In this document: piece after piece, positions 1 through 9,082 of the stretch
Layout of the letters: every line of letters begins with the position of its first letter
How positions within the stretch are numbered: the stretch's first letter is position 1
Origin: an uncultured Gammaproteobacteria bacterium
Lineage (GTDB): Bacteria > Patescibacteriota > Microgenomatia > CAZETR01 > Amesbacteraceae
DNA length: 64,000 nt
Direction of reading: 5' to 3'
Assembly (NCBI GenBank): GCA_964543035.1
Contig: CAZIVL010000001.1
Coordinates: forward strand, 45,714-109,713
Position numbers and translations under genes: made by a program
Notes under the pieces: generated by a model
Told to the model about the DNA's origin: nothing
Seen by the model: the letters and a program-made list of their open reading frames with translations, nothing else
The model's database searches: none

Positions 1-427
1 CGTGTACGGCAGTTCCCACTGGAATATTGGAGAGAGGCAATGTATTTCCGACTGTGAGTGGGGCGTCTTTCGAGGCCACAATGGCTTGTCCGATCTTCAT
101 CCCTTCAGTGGACAAGATATATCTGCGGTCGCCATCTTCGTATTGGACCAAAGCCAGATTCGCAGTTCTGTTTGGATCATATTCAAATGCAATTACTCGA
201 CCGAGGGCGCCGTCTTTGTTTCTCTTCCAATCAATGGTTCTCAAAAATCTCTTTTGTCTCCCACCTTGGTGTCTCGTGGTAACCACACCACTCGAATTTC
301 GACCGGAGTTCTTTTTCAGGATTTGTGTCAGCCTCTTCTCGGGTCTCTTGCTGTCCAGATCCGAATAATCAAGAGTTGAGGAAAAGCGTAGTCCCGCAGT
401 AGTTGGTTTGTAGAATTTAAGTGACAT
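1..427 (-). CDS. rplB: 50S ribosomal protein L2 (N-terminal part; runs off window edge)
   Basis: Reverse-complement of 425-427 is ATG; translation MSLKFYKPTTAGLRFSSTLDYS matches L2 N-terminus; position after rplW in S10 operon order. Not in ORF track because no stop in window. Confidence 0.8.
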   Translation of the reverse strand, partial: MSLKFYKPTTAGLRFSSTLDYSDLDSKRPEKRLTQILKKNSGRNSSGVVTTRHQGGRQKRFLRTIDWKRNKDGALGRVIAFEYDPNRTANLALVQYEDGDRRYILSTEGMKIGQAIVASKDAPLTVGNTLPLSNIPVGTAVH

Positions 428-429
428 AT

Positions 430-711
430 TTATTTGACGTCAAAAAGATCAATTCTTTGACCCTTTTGTAAAGTAACAATCGCTTTCTTCATATTAGATT
501 TCTGCCTATATATCCATCTTTTTCCGGTTCGATAGGATTTTCCTGGCACTGTGATTGTCTGCACTTTTAGTACTTTTACTCCAAAAGTTTTTTGTACATC
601 ATTTTTTACTTGAGTCTTATTGGCATCTGGATTCACCAAAAATACAAACCTGTTCTCATGGGTGAGTTTGGTAGTTTTTTCAGTAATAACTGGTCTGATT
701 AGATTAGACAT
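430..711 (-). CDS. rplW: 50S ribosomal protein L23
   Basis: ORF 430..783(-); conserved L23 sequence begins MSNLIRPVITEKTTKL...; start trimmed to internal Met that overlaps rplD stop by 8 nt. Confidence 0.85.
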   Translation of the reverse strand: MSNLIRPVITEKTTKLTHENRFVFLVNPDANKTQVKNDVQKTFGVKVLKVQTITVPGKSYRTGKRWIYRQKSNMKKAIVTLQKGQRIDLFDVK

Positions 712-1309
712 ATCTTTTAGAAAGCTCCTCCAAAGCCTCAGGTGTAAAGTAAACTGTAGGATGCGAAAACACGTGATAAGCATTCAGCTGCATAGCCGTC
801 ATCAAAGACACTCGGTCGAGATTCCGCAAAAACTTACCATTTTCCAATTGAGCCTCAGATATTACTATCAGTTTTCGTCCTTCAAGTGCTTTTGCATCTT
901 TGGTTTTTTTGATTTTAGACAACCCTTCTAGGACAAATATTTGTTTTGCTTCAGCCTTTTTGTTCAAAGCAGTTAAAAGTGCCAGTCTACCCATAGACTT
1001 CGTCAGACTCATTTTGTGGTTTTGTAATCCATCCGGTCCAAAAGCGATTCCTCCACCTACAAAGATTGGAGCCGCATAAGATCCGTGTCTGGCTCGTCCA
1101 GTACCTTTTTGTCTATACATTTTGGCCGTTGTCTTGGAGACTTCCGCCCGAGTCTTGGTCTTGGCCACGGCTCTCCTTTGATTGGACAAATGCGTTCTCA
1201 CCGCTTGAGCCACTATTGCGGGTTTGCCCTTTATTCCAAAGACTGCCTTAGGGAGTGTGACTTTTTCACCTTCTTTTCCGTCAATATTGATACTATTTGC
1301 GGTGCTCAT
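704..1309 (-). CDS. rplD: 50S ribosomal protein L4
   Basis: 201-aa ORF; L4-like sequence (…KGTGRARHGSYAAPIFVGGGIAFGP…); operon context between rplC and rplW. Confidence 0.9.
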   Translation of the reverse strand: MSTANSINIDGKEGEKVTLPKAVFGIKGKPAIVAQAVRTHLSNQRRAVAKTKTRAEVSKTTAKMYRQKGTGRARHGSYAAPIFVGGGIAFGPDGLQNHKMSLTKSMGRLALLTALNKKAEAKQIFVLEGLSKIKKTKDAKALEGRKLIVISEAQLENGKFLRNLDRVSLMTAMQLNAYHVFSHPTVYFTPEALEELSKRYV

Positions 1310-1875
1310 GAGATCTTTTTGACAGTAAGTAACGTATATCTACTGGCTCCGGGGACAGAACCTCCCACAGTTACAGTCTTTTTGTCTGCGTCTACCTCTA
1401 GGACTTTTAGATTCTTGATCATGACCGTATCTACTCCCATATGTCCAGCTCTCCTCTTGCCTTTATACACGCGTCCAGGAGTGGTTGTGGATCCAGATGA
1501 TCCTGGGGCTCTTTCGCGGTCCGATTGACCGTGGGTTCGAGGTCCCCCACGAAATCCATGTCTTTTGACAGCTCCGGCAAATCCATGTCCTTTAGTAATT
1601 CCAGTAACACTCACCATATCTCCGACTTGTACCATTTCTGATACAGAAAGCTCAGTTCCAGGCTCCATCACTTCATCAGTTCTGATCTCAGAAATAACCG
1701 TTTTTTTGTTATTTTGAATCGAAAGTCGTAAGGCCGAATACTTATGCTTTTCAGTCGTTCGCAAGTCCAAAACGCGGGTGGGTAGTACCTGCAAAACCGA
1801 GGATCCCACCTGGGCTCCTGCCTCAGTATATTTACTGGTCATCCCGATTCTTTTTGCAAAAAAAGTTGTAATCAT
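1306..1875 (-). CDS. rplC: 50S ribosomal protein L3
   Basis: ORF 1306..1908(-); L3-like (…FAKRIGMTS…GHGFAGAVKRHGF…); start placed at MITTFFAKRIGM because the upstream 33 nt form a hairpin/U-run. Confidence 0.85.
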   Translation of the reverse strand: MITTFFAKRIGMTSKYTEAGAQVGSSVLQVLPTRVLDLRTTEKHKYSALRLSIQNNKKTVISEIRTDEVMEPGTELSVSEMVQVGDMVSVTGITKGHGFAGAVKRHGFRGGPRTHGQSDRERAPGSSGSTTTPGRVYKGKRRAGHMGVDTVMIKNLKVLEVDADKKTVTVGGSVPGASRYTLLTVKKIS

Positions 1876-1882
1876 TATAGAA

Positions 1883-1905
1883 ACAAAAAAAGCGCCATTG
1901 GCGCT
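1883..1905 (-). terminator. Hairpin (AGCGC-CAATG-GCGCT) followed by U-run on minus strand, between rpsJ and rplC; candidate intrinsic terminator/attenuator
   Basis: Seen directly: minus-strand reads gagcgccaatggcgcttttttt immediately 5' of the rplC start codon. Confidence 0.35.
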
Positions 1906-1994
1906 CATCTAAATCTTTAGAGTAGCCAATGTCAAAGCGGAGCAATAATCTGGCAATTTCGTCTGCTCACGTCTGAAGCTGATTATACCACAGC

Positions 1995-2303
1995 TTACAT
2001 TTTTACCTCAATGTCCACGCCGGCTGGCAGATCCAGGTTGGAAAGAGATTCAATGGTTTTGGGGGTTGGATCGTGGATATCAATCAGGCGCTTGTGGACT
2101 AGCATTTCGTAGTGATCCCGGGCGTTTTTGTCCACGTGAGGAGAAGTAGTGACAACGATTAGTTTGCGAGAAGTAGGCAAGGGGATAGGTCCTATAACTT
2201 TGGCCCCGGTTGACAGTGCCGTGTCCAATATTTTGGCCGCCGCTTCATCAATGACGCGATGGTCAAAAGCTTTTAGCTTTACTCGTAGTCGTCCCTTTGC
2301 CAT
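1995..2303 (-). CDS. rpsJ: 30S ribosomal protein S10
   Basis: ORF 1995..2315(-); S10-like (MAKGRLRVKLKAFDHRVIDEAAAKI…); start trimmed to MAKG. Confidence 0.9.
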   Translation of the reverse strand: MAKGRLRVKLKAFDHRVIDEAAAKILDTALSTGAKVIGPIPLPTSRKLIVVTTSPHVDKNARDHYEMLVHKRLIDIHDPTPKTIESLSNLDLPAGVDIEVKM

Positions 2304-2321
2304 ATTAAAGAGCAAGAATTA

Positions 2322-3500
2322 TTAAGCGATGACTTTAGTCACCACTCCCGCGCCGACGGTTTTTCCGCCTTCGCGAATTGCAAATCTCAAACCTTCTTCG
2401 ATAGCAACCGGTACAATCAGTTTCACCTTGATGCTGGCATTGTCTCCTGGCATGACCATTTCAGTTCCAGCAGCCAGTGTGACCTCGCCGGTTACGTCAG
2501 TTGTTCGGATATAGAATTGTGGTCTATATCCTGAGAAGAATGAAGTGTGGCGTCCCCCCTCTTCCTTCTTAAGGACATAGATATTAGCTTCAAATTCAGT
2601 GTGAGGAGTAATAGATCCAGCCTTAGCCAGTACTTGTCCACGTTCAACTGCTTCTTTTTCTACGCCGCGAAGCAAAAGCCCAACGTTGTCTCCAGCTTGT
2701 CCCTCTTCTAATTGTTTTCTAAACATCTCGACTCCAGTTACCACGGTTGAGGAAGTAGCTTTGATACCCACAATTTCAATAGGATCGTTGATCTTCACGA
2801 TTCCGCGCTCAATTCGGCCTGTGACCACAGTTCCACGACCCTTGATCGAGAAGACGTCTTCGACAGGCATCAAAAATGGCTTGTCTAGCTCGCGGACTGG
2901 TGTGGGGATATATTCGTCCACTTTAGCCATGAGCTCGAGAATCTTTTCTTCGTACTTAGCATCACCTTCAGCCGCTTTTAGAGCAGATCCACGGACGATC
3001 GGTACATCGTTTCCGGGATATCCATACTTGGTCAGCAGTTCGCGCACTTCCATCTCGACGAGGTCCAAGAGAGAGTCGTCGTCTACCATGTCACACTTGT
3101 TGAGGAAGACTACGATTGCTGGCACATTGACCTGCTTGGCCAAAAGGATGTGTTCGCGAGTTTGAGGCATCGGTCCGTCTGCCGCGGATACGACCAGGAT
3201 CGCTCCGTCCATTTGAGCAGCTCCGGTAATCATATTCTTGATGTAGTCGGCGTGGCCTGGAGCATCGATGTGTGCATAGTGTCTCTTTTCTGTCTCATAC
3301 TCTTGGTGAGAAAGATTGATGGTTACTCCTCGTGCCTTTTCTTCTGGAGCAGAATCAATGTCTTCGTATTTCTTAGCAACAGCCCAACCCTTTTTGGAAA
3401 GAACGGTAGTAATAGCGGAAGTCAAAGTGGTCTTACCATGGTCGACGTGACCAATAGTACCAATGTTGACGTGAGGTTTACTGCGGACAAATGTTGCCAT
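2322..3500 (-). CDS. tuf: Elongation factor Tu
   Basis: 392-aa ORF with [22 protein letters not shown] GTPase motifs and full-length EF-Tu similarity. Confidence 0.95.
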   Translation of the reverse strand: MATFVRSKPHVNIGTIGHVDHGKTTLTSAITTVLSKKGWAVAKKYEDIDSAPEEKARGVTINLSHQEYETEKRHYAHIDAPGHADYIKNMITGAAQMDGAILVVSAADGPMPQTREHILLAKQVNVPAIVVFLNKCDMVDDDSLLDLVEMEVRELLTKYGYPGNDVPIVRGSALKAAEGDAKYEEKILELMAKVDEYIPTPVRELDKPFLMPVEDVFSIKGRGTVVTGRIERGIVKINDPIEIVGIKATSSTVVTGVEMFRKQLEEGQAGDNVGLLLRGVEKEAVERGQVLAKAGSITPHTEFEANIYVLKKEEGGRHTSFFSGYRPQFYIRTTDVTGEVTLAAGTEMVMPGDNASIKVKLIVPVAIEEGLRFAIREGGKTVGAGVVTKVIA

Positions 3501-3511
3501 ATGTAAAAGGA

Positions 3512-3540
3512 ATTCTATCTGAGGCTAAATACTTTTGCAA
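3512..3540 (-). promoter_or_regulatory. Candidate sigma70-type promoter for tuf (TTGCAA-N17-TAGAAT on minus strand) embedded in the 3' end of the upstream LTD gene
   Basis: Minus-strand reading: TTGCAAaagtatttagcctcagaTAGAATtccttttacatATG; only 14 nt separate the LTD stop from the tuf start. Confidence 0.35.
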
Positions 3541-4369
3541 GGGGGAAGTTGCGACATTTTTTATATACGTGTCTCATGACAAACTTCATTAGCTCGGATT
3601 TTTTATATTTTTTGTACTCACCTAGCACTTGTGGAATCGGGATTGCAGTTGGAGTGATGGTTGGGATTGGCGCCGTAGTCGGGGCAATTGTTGGTGTTGG
3701 TGTCTGTGTCGGAATTGGAGTTTCTGTAGGAGATGGGCTTGGTGTCAGAGTAGGCTCCAAAGTGGGTGTTGGTGTGACAGTCGGTGTCGCCGTAGGCGTC
3801 ATAGTTGGGACTGGAGTAGTTGCGACAAACAAACTATTCTGTGGGTCAGGTATATCTCGCAACGAAAAATCCACCGAGTTGTCATCGGTATCATCTTCTA
3901 CAGGGAGTCTCTCAATACTTTTGCCAGCAGCGGGTGCAGCCACAGCAGTTCCCTCAAATGTCGTAGCCGTCCCCATACCCACCAGATCTTCAGTAGAGTA
4001 GCTGCTCGTGCCGGTTTTTTTCTGTAGAGATATGAAACTGTTTGCAGTGATAGAGCTGCTACTCGCAGAATATACAAAGTCGGGTGTAACTGGAATAGTC
4101 GCATAGGCAGGATTGCCAATCAGCAGATAGCCCTGTGCTTTTATAACTCCAGTCATCGACGCTACCAGGTTAGTGCTCGCTCCCACTCGCAGCCTCCACC
4201 CAGTCAGGTCCACATCAGACAAAGTTGGGTTATATAGCTCTACAAACTCGTCCGACGCAACCCCTCCCCCTACCTGAATTTCTGAAATGACTACATGGTT
4301 TGTTGCTGCCCTCGCAACCCCCGGAAGCAAAAGAAGCACTATAAGAAAAACGGGCAATATTTTTCTCAC
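3515..4369 (-). CDS. Secreted lamin-tail-domain (LTD) protein with Pro/Thr-rich linker
   Basis: N-terminal signal peptide ([21 protein letters not shown]); LTD-like segment [12 protein letters not shown]…EFVELYNPT…DLTGWRL; long PT-rich low-complexity tail. Confidence 0.6.
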   Translation of the reverse strand: MRKILPVFLIVLLLLPGVARAATNHVVISEIQVGGGVASDEFVELYNPTLSDVDLTGWRLRVGASTNLVASMTGVIKAQGYLLIGNPAYATIPVTPDFVYSASSSSITANSFISLQKKTGTSSYSTEDLVGMGTATTFEGTAVAAPAAGKSIERLPVEDDTDDNSVDFSLRDIPDPQNSLFVATTPVPTMTPTATPTVTPTPTLEPTLTPSPSPTETPIPTQTPTPTIAPTTAPIPTITPTAIPIPQVLGEYKKYKKSELMKFVMRHVYKKCRNFPLAKVFSLR

Positions 4370-4429
4370 TAAGATTTATGCTAACCCCTTTTTTCAATTG
4401 TCGTCAACAACTAAAACCTAAAAACGTAA

Positions 4430-4804
4430 TTATTTATCCTTCCACTCGTCAAACACACCGACACACCTATTTTCTATACATCTAGGAGAAGTTGCAAGGC
4501 AGAGGACAGAGCAAGTTGGTCCGCCAAAGCTTTTACAGTTATCTCCAATCTCGGACAAATATTTATCTTTGAAATTTTTATTTATATATGTTCCACAATT
4601 GCACTCATCGCAAGTATTAGCTCGCACTCGCACACACTCCGAGTCGCTGTTGCAGCTTTTATATCCTTCATACTGATCAGGAAGAACAAAATCGTAAATC
4701 TTATCTTGAATCACATCTTTTCTCTGAGATCTCAAGATTATGGCTCCTAGTCCCACTCCTAGAATCAAAAGAACGGCAACCAAAACGGATACTGTTTTCC
4801 CCAC
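4430..4804 (-). CDS. Small Cys-rich membrane-anchored protein (hypothetical)
   Basis: 124-aa ORF, one N-terminal TM helix, 10 Cys in the ectodomain; no family recognised. Confidence 0.45.
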   Translation of the reverse strand: MGKTVSVLVAVLLILGVGLGAIILRSQRKDVIQDKIYDFVLPDQYEGYKSCNSDSECVRVRANTCDECNCGTYINKNFKDKYLSEIGDNCKSFGGPTCSVLCLATSPRCIENRCVGVFDEWKDK

Positions 4805-4833
4805 AAATTATTTATAGCCCAAAAATCCCTAAC

Positions 4834-5085
4834 TTACCAAGCAATGATTACTCGAGATGGGTCCTCGGTACTAGTTTCAAATTTTTCGCCCGCTCCTCCT
4901 ACTCCCACATAACTCGCTCCCGCACCTGGAATGTTCAACCAAACAGCAGTTCCCGGTTCTAGATTATCAGTCAAAAAATCTGCAGCACCCTTATAGCCAC
5001 GGGCTGCGATACGAGGATCATCAACTGGCAAGTCAACAGTGACTTTTCCAACCACTTTTAACTGATGAATTGTTTCACCGTTCAT
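4834..5085 (-). CDS. Hypothetical 84-aa protein
   Basis: ORF 4834..5124 trimmed to MNGETIHQL… to avoid overlap with fusA; tight spacing within the fusA–tuf transcription unit. Confidence 0.4.
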   Translation of the reverse strand: MNGETIHQLKVVGKVTVDLPVDDPRIAARGYKGAADFLTDNLEPGTAVWLNIPGAGASYVGVGGAGEKFETSTEDPSRVIIAW

Positions 5086-5089
5086 ATTT

Positions 5090-7234
5090 CTATGCAGCAG
5101 CCTGCACTTTTCCACTCTTTGCAATTATCCCCTCAGCAATGTTTCTAGGCACTTCGTCATAGTGAGATGGTTCCATATAGTAGGAGGCGCGGCCTTGGGA
5201 CAGTGAGCGCAGCTTGGTGGCATAACCAGACAGTTCAGCCAGAGGCACATGAGCATTGATGATAGTCAGATGTCCGCGCTTATCTGTGCCTTGAATAGCA
5301 GCTCTCTTAGATGATAGATCTCCAATCACGTCTCCCATAAATTCGTCTGGAGTGGAGACCTCCACTTTCATGACTGGTTCTAGGATGGTAGGTTCTGCGA
5401 TCTTGGCCGTGTGTTGGAAAGCCATGGATCCGGCGATCTTAAAGGCCATTTCTGAAGAGTCCACATCGTGGTAGGTTCCGTCAAAGAGGGTGATCTTGGT
5501 GTCAACGGTTGGGAATCCGGCCAAGACTCCGTTTTCCATGGCTTCCACGATTCCTTTTTCGATAGGAGCAATAAACTCTCCTGGAATAGCTCCACCTTTG
5601 ATTGCGTTTACAAACTCAAATCCTGCTCCGCGAGGTAGGGGCTCCATCTTGATCCAACAATGTCCATACTGTCCGCGACCTCCAGATTGGCGAATAAATT
5701 TACCCTCTCCTTCGGCGGCCTTTTTCACAGTTTCCTTGTAGGCCACTTGTGGAGCGCCGGTGGACGCTTCCACGTTAAACTCTCGCTTCATGCGGTCCAC
5801 CAGGATCTCCAGATGCAGCTCACCCATTCCAGAGATGATTGTCTGCCCTGTCTCGTGATTGGACTTGATGCGGAAAGTCGGATCTTCGTCAGACAGTTTG
5901 TTTAGAGCCAGACCCATCTTTTCTTGATCGGACTTTGTTTTTGGCTCAATAGCCAGTGAGATGACGGGTTCCGGGAAAGAGATTGACTCGAGTACAATTG
6001 GTGCCGCTTTTTCACACAGGGTGTTTCCGGTAGTTGTTTCACGCAGTCCCACGAGCGCCACGATCTCTCCCGCATAAGCAGCGTCGATCTCTTCGCGTTT
6101 GTTGGCGTGCATGAGAAGCATTCGGGAGATTCTTTCTTCTTTTTGTTTCGAGGCGTTCCACAGAGATTGTCCAGCCTTGAGTGATCCCGAGTATATTCGG
6201 ACATATGTCAGTCGTCCTACGTGGGGATCAGTCTGGATCTTGAAAGCCAGTCCAGCAAATTTTTCTTCATTGATAGTCTTGCGGCTTACTTCTTCTCCGG
6301 TTTGAGGATTAGTGCCACGGACATGATCCACATCGACTGGCGATGGCAGATATTCGACTACCGCGTCCAGCATTGGTTGCACACCTTTGTTGCGAAGTGA
6401 TGCTCCTGCATATACCGGGACAAGCTTGTAGGCAATCACGGCTCTTCGCATAGCCGCTTTCAGCTCAGCAACAGTGGGCTCTTCGCCGGCTAGGAATTTG
6501 TTCAAGAGGTCATCGTCAGTCTCAGAGATTTGCTCGATTAGTTTGGTTCGCCACTTTTCTACCGTATCTTTCAGGTCTTCGGGAATTGGTTGTTCTTCGT
6601 ATTTAGCACCAGTTTCATCACCCAGCCAGACCAAGGCTTTTCTCTCGAGTAGTAACACCACTCCTCTAAAAGTATTTTCAGCCCCGATCGGGTAAGCCAT
6701 GACAGCGGGGTTTGCTCCCAGTCTATCAATGATGGCTTTGATCGTGCCTTCAAAATTGGCTCCGAGCTTGTCGTTCTTATTGATAAATATAATTCGTGGT
6801 ACTTTGTATTTGTCGGCCTGTCTCCACACTGTTTCAGTCTGTGACTGCACTGTTTCTTCTGCGTCGAGTACCGTGACGGCTCCGTCCAAGACGCGTAGTG
6901 AGCGCTCGACTTCGGCCGTAAAGTCCACGTGTCCGGGAGTGTCGATCAGGTTGATGCGATATGAGCCGTGTTCTACTGGGCTGTTTACATCAGATACTGA
7001 CCAGAAGGTGGTTGTGGCCGCAGATACGATTGTGATTCCGCGCTCTTTTTCCTGAGCCATCCAGTCCATTTGCGTGTCACCTTCGTCGATGTCTCCGATC
7101 TTGTAGGATTTGCCAGTATAAAAAAGAATTCGTTCCGAAGTAGTCGTCTTTCCAGCGTCAATGTGCGCGATTATTCCAATATTACGCACCCGATCTTGCG
7201 GGACAATTCGATTTGTTGTTTTAATATCTGCCAT
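5090..7234 (-). CDS. fusA: Elongation factor G
   Basis: 714-aa ORF; AHIDAGKTT, DTPGHVDF, NKMD motifs; full EF-G domain order. Confidence 0.95.
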   Translation of the reverse strand: MADIKTTNRIVPQDRVRNIGIIAHIDAGKTTTSERILFYTGKSYKIGDIDEGDTQMDWMAQEKERGITIVSAATTTFWSVSDVNSPVEHGSYRINLIDTPGHVDFTAEVERSLRVLDGAVTVLDAEETVQSQTETVWRQADKYKVPRIIFINKNDKLGANFEGTIKAIIDRLGANPAVMAYPIGAENTFRGVVLLLERKALVWLGDETGAKYEEQPIPEDLKDTVEKWRTKLIEQISETDDDLLNKFLAGEEPTVAELKAAMRRAVIAYKLVPVYAGASLRNKGVQPMLDAVVEYLPSPVDVDHVRGTNPQTGEEVSRKTINEEKFAGLAFKIQTDPHVGRLTYVRIYSGSLKAGQSLWNASKQKEERISRMLLMHANKREEIDAAYAGEIVALVGLRETTTGNTLCEKAAPIVLESISFPEPVISLAIEPKTKSDQEKMGLALNKLSDEDPTFRIKSNHETGQTIISGMGELHLEILVDRMKREFNVEASTGAPQVAYKETVKKAAEGEGKFIRQSGGRGQYGHCWIKMEPLPRGAGFEFVNAIKGGAIPGEFIAPIEKGIVEAMENGVLAGFPTVDTKITLFDGTYHDVDSSEMAFKIAGSMAFQHTAKIAEPTILEPVMKVEVSTPDEFMGDVIGDLSSKRAAIQGTDKRGHLTIINAHVPLAELSGYATKLRSLSQGRASYYMEPSHYDEVPRNIAEGIIAKSGKVQAAA

Positions 7235-7258
7235 AGTGAGAAACTTCAGTTTCGAGAT

Positions 7259-7307
7259 ATATGAAAGGATCCATGAGCGTCAGCGAATGGTAGGTTTCCT
7301 TTCATAT
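7259..7307. repeat. Perfect 11-bp inverted repeat (ATATGAAAGGA / TCCTTTCATAT) around GGATCCATGAGCGTCAGCGAA; rearranged variant of the GTCATCCTGA/GGATCCAG repeat family
   Basis: Seen directly in the fusA–dnaJ divergent spacer; core TGAGCGTCAGCGAA resembles the family core TGAGCGAAGCGAA. Confidence 0.5.
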
Positions 7308-7431
7308 AAAACCTATCATTCAAAAAAATAAAGCTCTTCAGCTCTTTGTGATTCTACCAGAAGCTCAAGCTAGTCACAATCCTCATCAACACTAGAATCT
7401 TTAGCACTCCCGCGTTACAATTGCCACATAT

Positions 7432-8307
7432 ATGGCCACTAAGCGCGACTACTACGATATTTTAGGCGTCCAAAAGACAGCCACCGCCGCCGAGTTAAAG
7501 TCAGCTTATCGCAAGATGGCTCTCGAATGGCATCCAGATAGAAACAAATCCGCCGAGGCCGAAGCCAAGTTCAAAGAGATCAACGAAGCGTATCAAGTTT
7601 TATCAGATGCCAAGAAAAAAGCTACCTACGACCAGTTTGGTCATGCAGCCTTTGACCCAGCAGCAGGCGGCGGTTACAGCGGTGGCAATCCTTTTGCCGG
7701 CGGTTTCCGCCAGGGCCCCTTTACCTATTCATATAGTACTGGGGGAGACAATCCGTTCGGCGACATGGGCGGATTTTCCGATCCCTTCGAAATTTTTGAA
7801 CAATTTTTTGGCGGCCAAAATCCCTTTGGTAGACAAGCTCCCAGAAAAGCTCATTATTCACTTCGCATTCCTTTCATGACTGCAGTCAAAGGTGGCACAG
7901 AGGAAGTAAAAATAGATGGCAAGTCACATACGATCAAGATTCCCGCCGGCGCCGATACCGGCACCCACCTTAGGTTTACAGATTTTGATATCACTTTCCA
8001 AGTCGACGAGAGTCCCGACTTCAAAAGAGATGGCGCAGATGTCTATGTAGATCATCCCATTTCTTTTACCAAAGCCATTTTGGGAGGCGATACGACTACC
8101 AAGACTTTGGATGGCACTCTGAAGATCAAGATCCGCCCCGGCACTCAGCCCGGTACTGTAGTGAGACTTTCAGGCAAGGGGATAACCAAGATCAGTTCCT
8201 TCAAAAAAGACGATCACGGAGATCTCTATATTAGACTTATTATCAAAATGCCCGAACAGCTGTCCAAAAAACAAAAGCAACTTCTAGAGGAGTTTGACCA
8301 TAGTTAA
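7432..8307 (+). CDS. DnaJ-class co-chaperone lacking the zinc-finger domain (CbpA-like)
   Basis: N-terminal J domain (DYYDILGV…HPDRN), G/F-rich region, C-terminal DnaJ substrate-binding domains; no CxxCxGxG repeats. Confidence 0.8.
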   Translation: MATKRDYYDILGVQKTATAAELKSAYRKMALEWHPDRNKSAEAEAKFKEINEAYQVLSDAKKKATYDQFGHAAFDPAAGGGYSGGNPFAGGFRQGPFTYSYSTGGDNPFGDMGGFSDPFEIFEQFFGGQNPFGRQAPRKAHYSLRIPFMTAVKGGTEEVKIDGKSHTIKIPAGADTGTHLRFTDFDITFQVDESPDFKRDGADVYVDHPISFTKAILGGDTTTKTLDGTLKIKIRPGTQPGTVVRLSGKGITKISSFKKDDHGDLYIRLIIKMPEQLSKKQKQLLEEFDHS

Positions 8308-8334
8308 TTTGTAAGTTAGATTACAATCAATCAA

Positions 8335-8535
8335 ATGGAATATCCACTGGGTTCTGTAGAAAAAGGCTTGATCGTAATCGCAATCGCAATCCCTCTTGCA
8401 ATATTTGGCACATTCATCGCAAATCCGCCAGATGTTGGAAAATGGTTCGTTGGTGAAGGCATAGCGGAAATGGTGGTATTAGCATCACTTTTAGTGGCAA
8501 TAGCGAGAACAGAACACAAGTTGGACATTGGTTAA
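8335..8535 (+). CDS. Small putative membrane protein
   Basis: 66-aa ORF with two hydrophobic helices; overlaps an equally long antisense ORF, so uncertain. Confidence 0.25.
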   Translation: MEYPLGSVEKGLIVIAIAIPLAIFGTFIANPPDVGKWFVGEGIAEMVVLASLLVAIARTEHKLDIG

Positions 8536-9008
8536 CGTTTGATAGATCTTAAGATCTCCACCCCACCCATTTCTGCTCGAAGGAGATTTTCATCATTAAT
8601 TTCTTCTATTTTTATCCACTCGGGCGCTTGAGCATCCCCATCTTCGACCTCATCAACAGTCAGCAGCTCAAAAGTTAATGGTTTACATAAAAAATAATAG
8701 ACATAAAAATTGGCTGCCACATTAGACGGATTCCAATAATAATTGCCCTCGCTAAATCTAACAAGTTTTACTATTTCGACTTCAATTCCAGTCTCTTCTT
8801 TTATTTCCCTTTTTAACCCTTCCTCAATTTCCTCACCTTCATCTATTGCCCCTCCTGGGAAGTTATATTTTTGAGCCGCCCGAGATTTGGCCACTAAAAC
8901 CTTTCCGTCGTGGATTATTACGCTATAAGCGGTCGGGCGGAAATACACTTCCGACTCCGGAATGTCCTTCGTCTTCTTGGGCCCGTACAACGTCAAACAC
9001 TGCACCAT
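8532..9008 (-). CDS. NUDIX hydrolase
   Basis: Nudix box GGAIDEGEEIEEGLKREIKEETG. Confidence 0.8.
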   Translation of the reverse strand: MVQCLTLYGPKKTKDIPESEVYFRPTAYSVIIHDGKVLVAKSRAAQKYNFPGGAIDEGEEIEEGLKREIKEETGIEVEIVKLVRFSEGNYYWNPSNVAANFYVYYFLCKPLTFELLTVDEVEDGDAQAPEWIKIEEINDENLLRAEMGGVEILRSIKR

Positions 9009-9082
9009 TCGTACATCTTACCAGCCTCGCTAGTACTCTCACTTCGAACCTGATATAATCCCTTCAGTTAAGTGTTTTTCAG

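Noticed and set aside
2-379. Plus-strand ORFs 2..379, 27..368, 58..282
   Set aside because: Antisense to the clearly recognisable rplB N-terminus on the minus strand.
3549-4119. Overlapping ORFs 3549..4001(+), 3629..4027(+), 3898..4119(-)
   Set aside because: These are shadow frames of the low-complexity PT-rich region of the minus-strand LTD gene, with Gly/Val- or Cys/Arg/Trp-rich artefactual composition.
7407-7431. Full CIRCE operator upstream of dnaJ
   Set aside because: Only the left half-site TTAGCACTC is present. The inverted partner is missing, so an HrcA site is not claimed as a feature.
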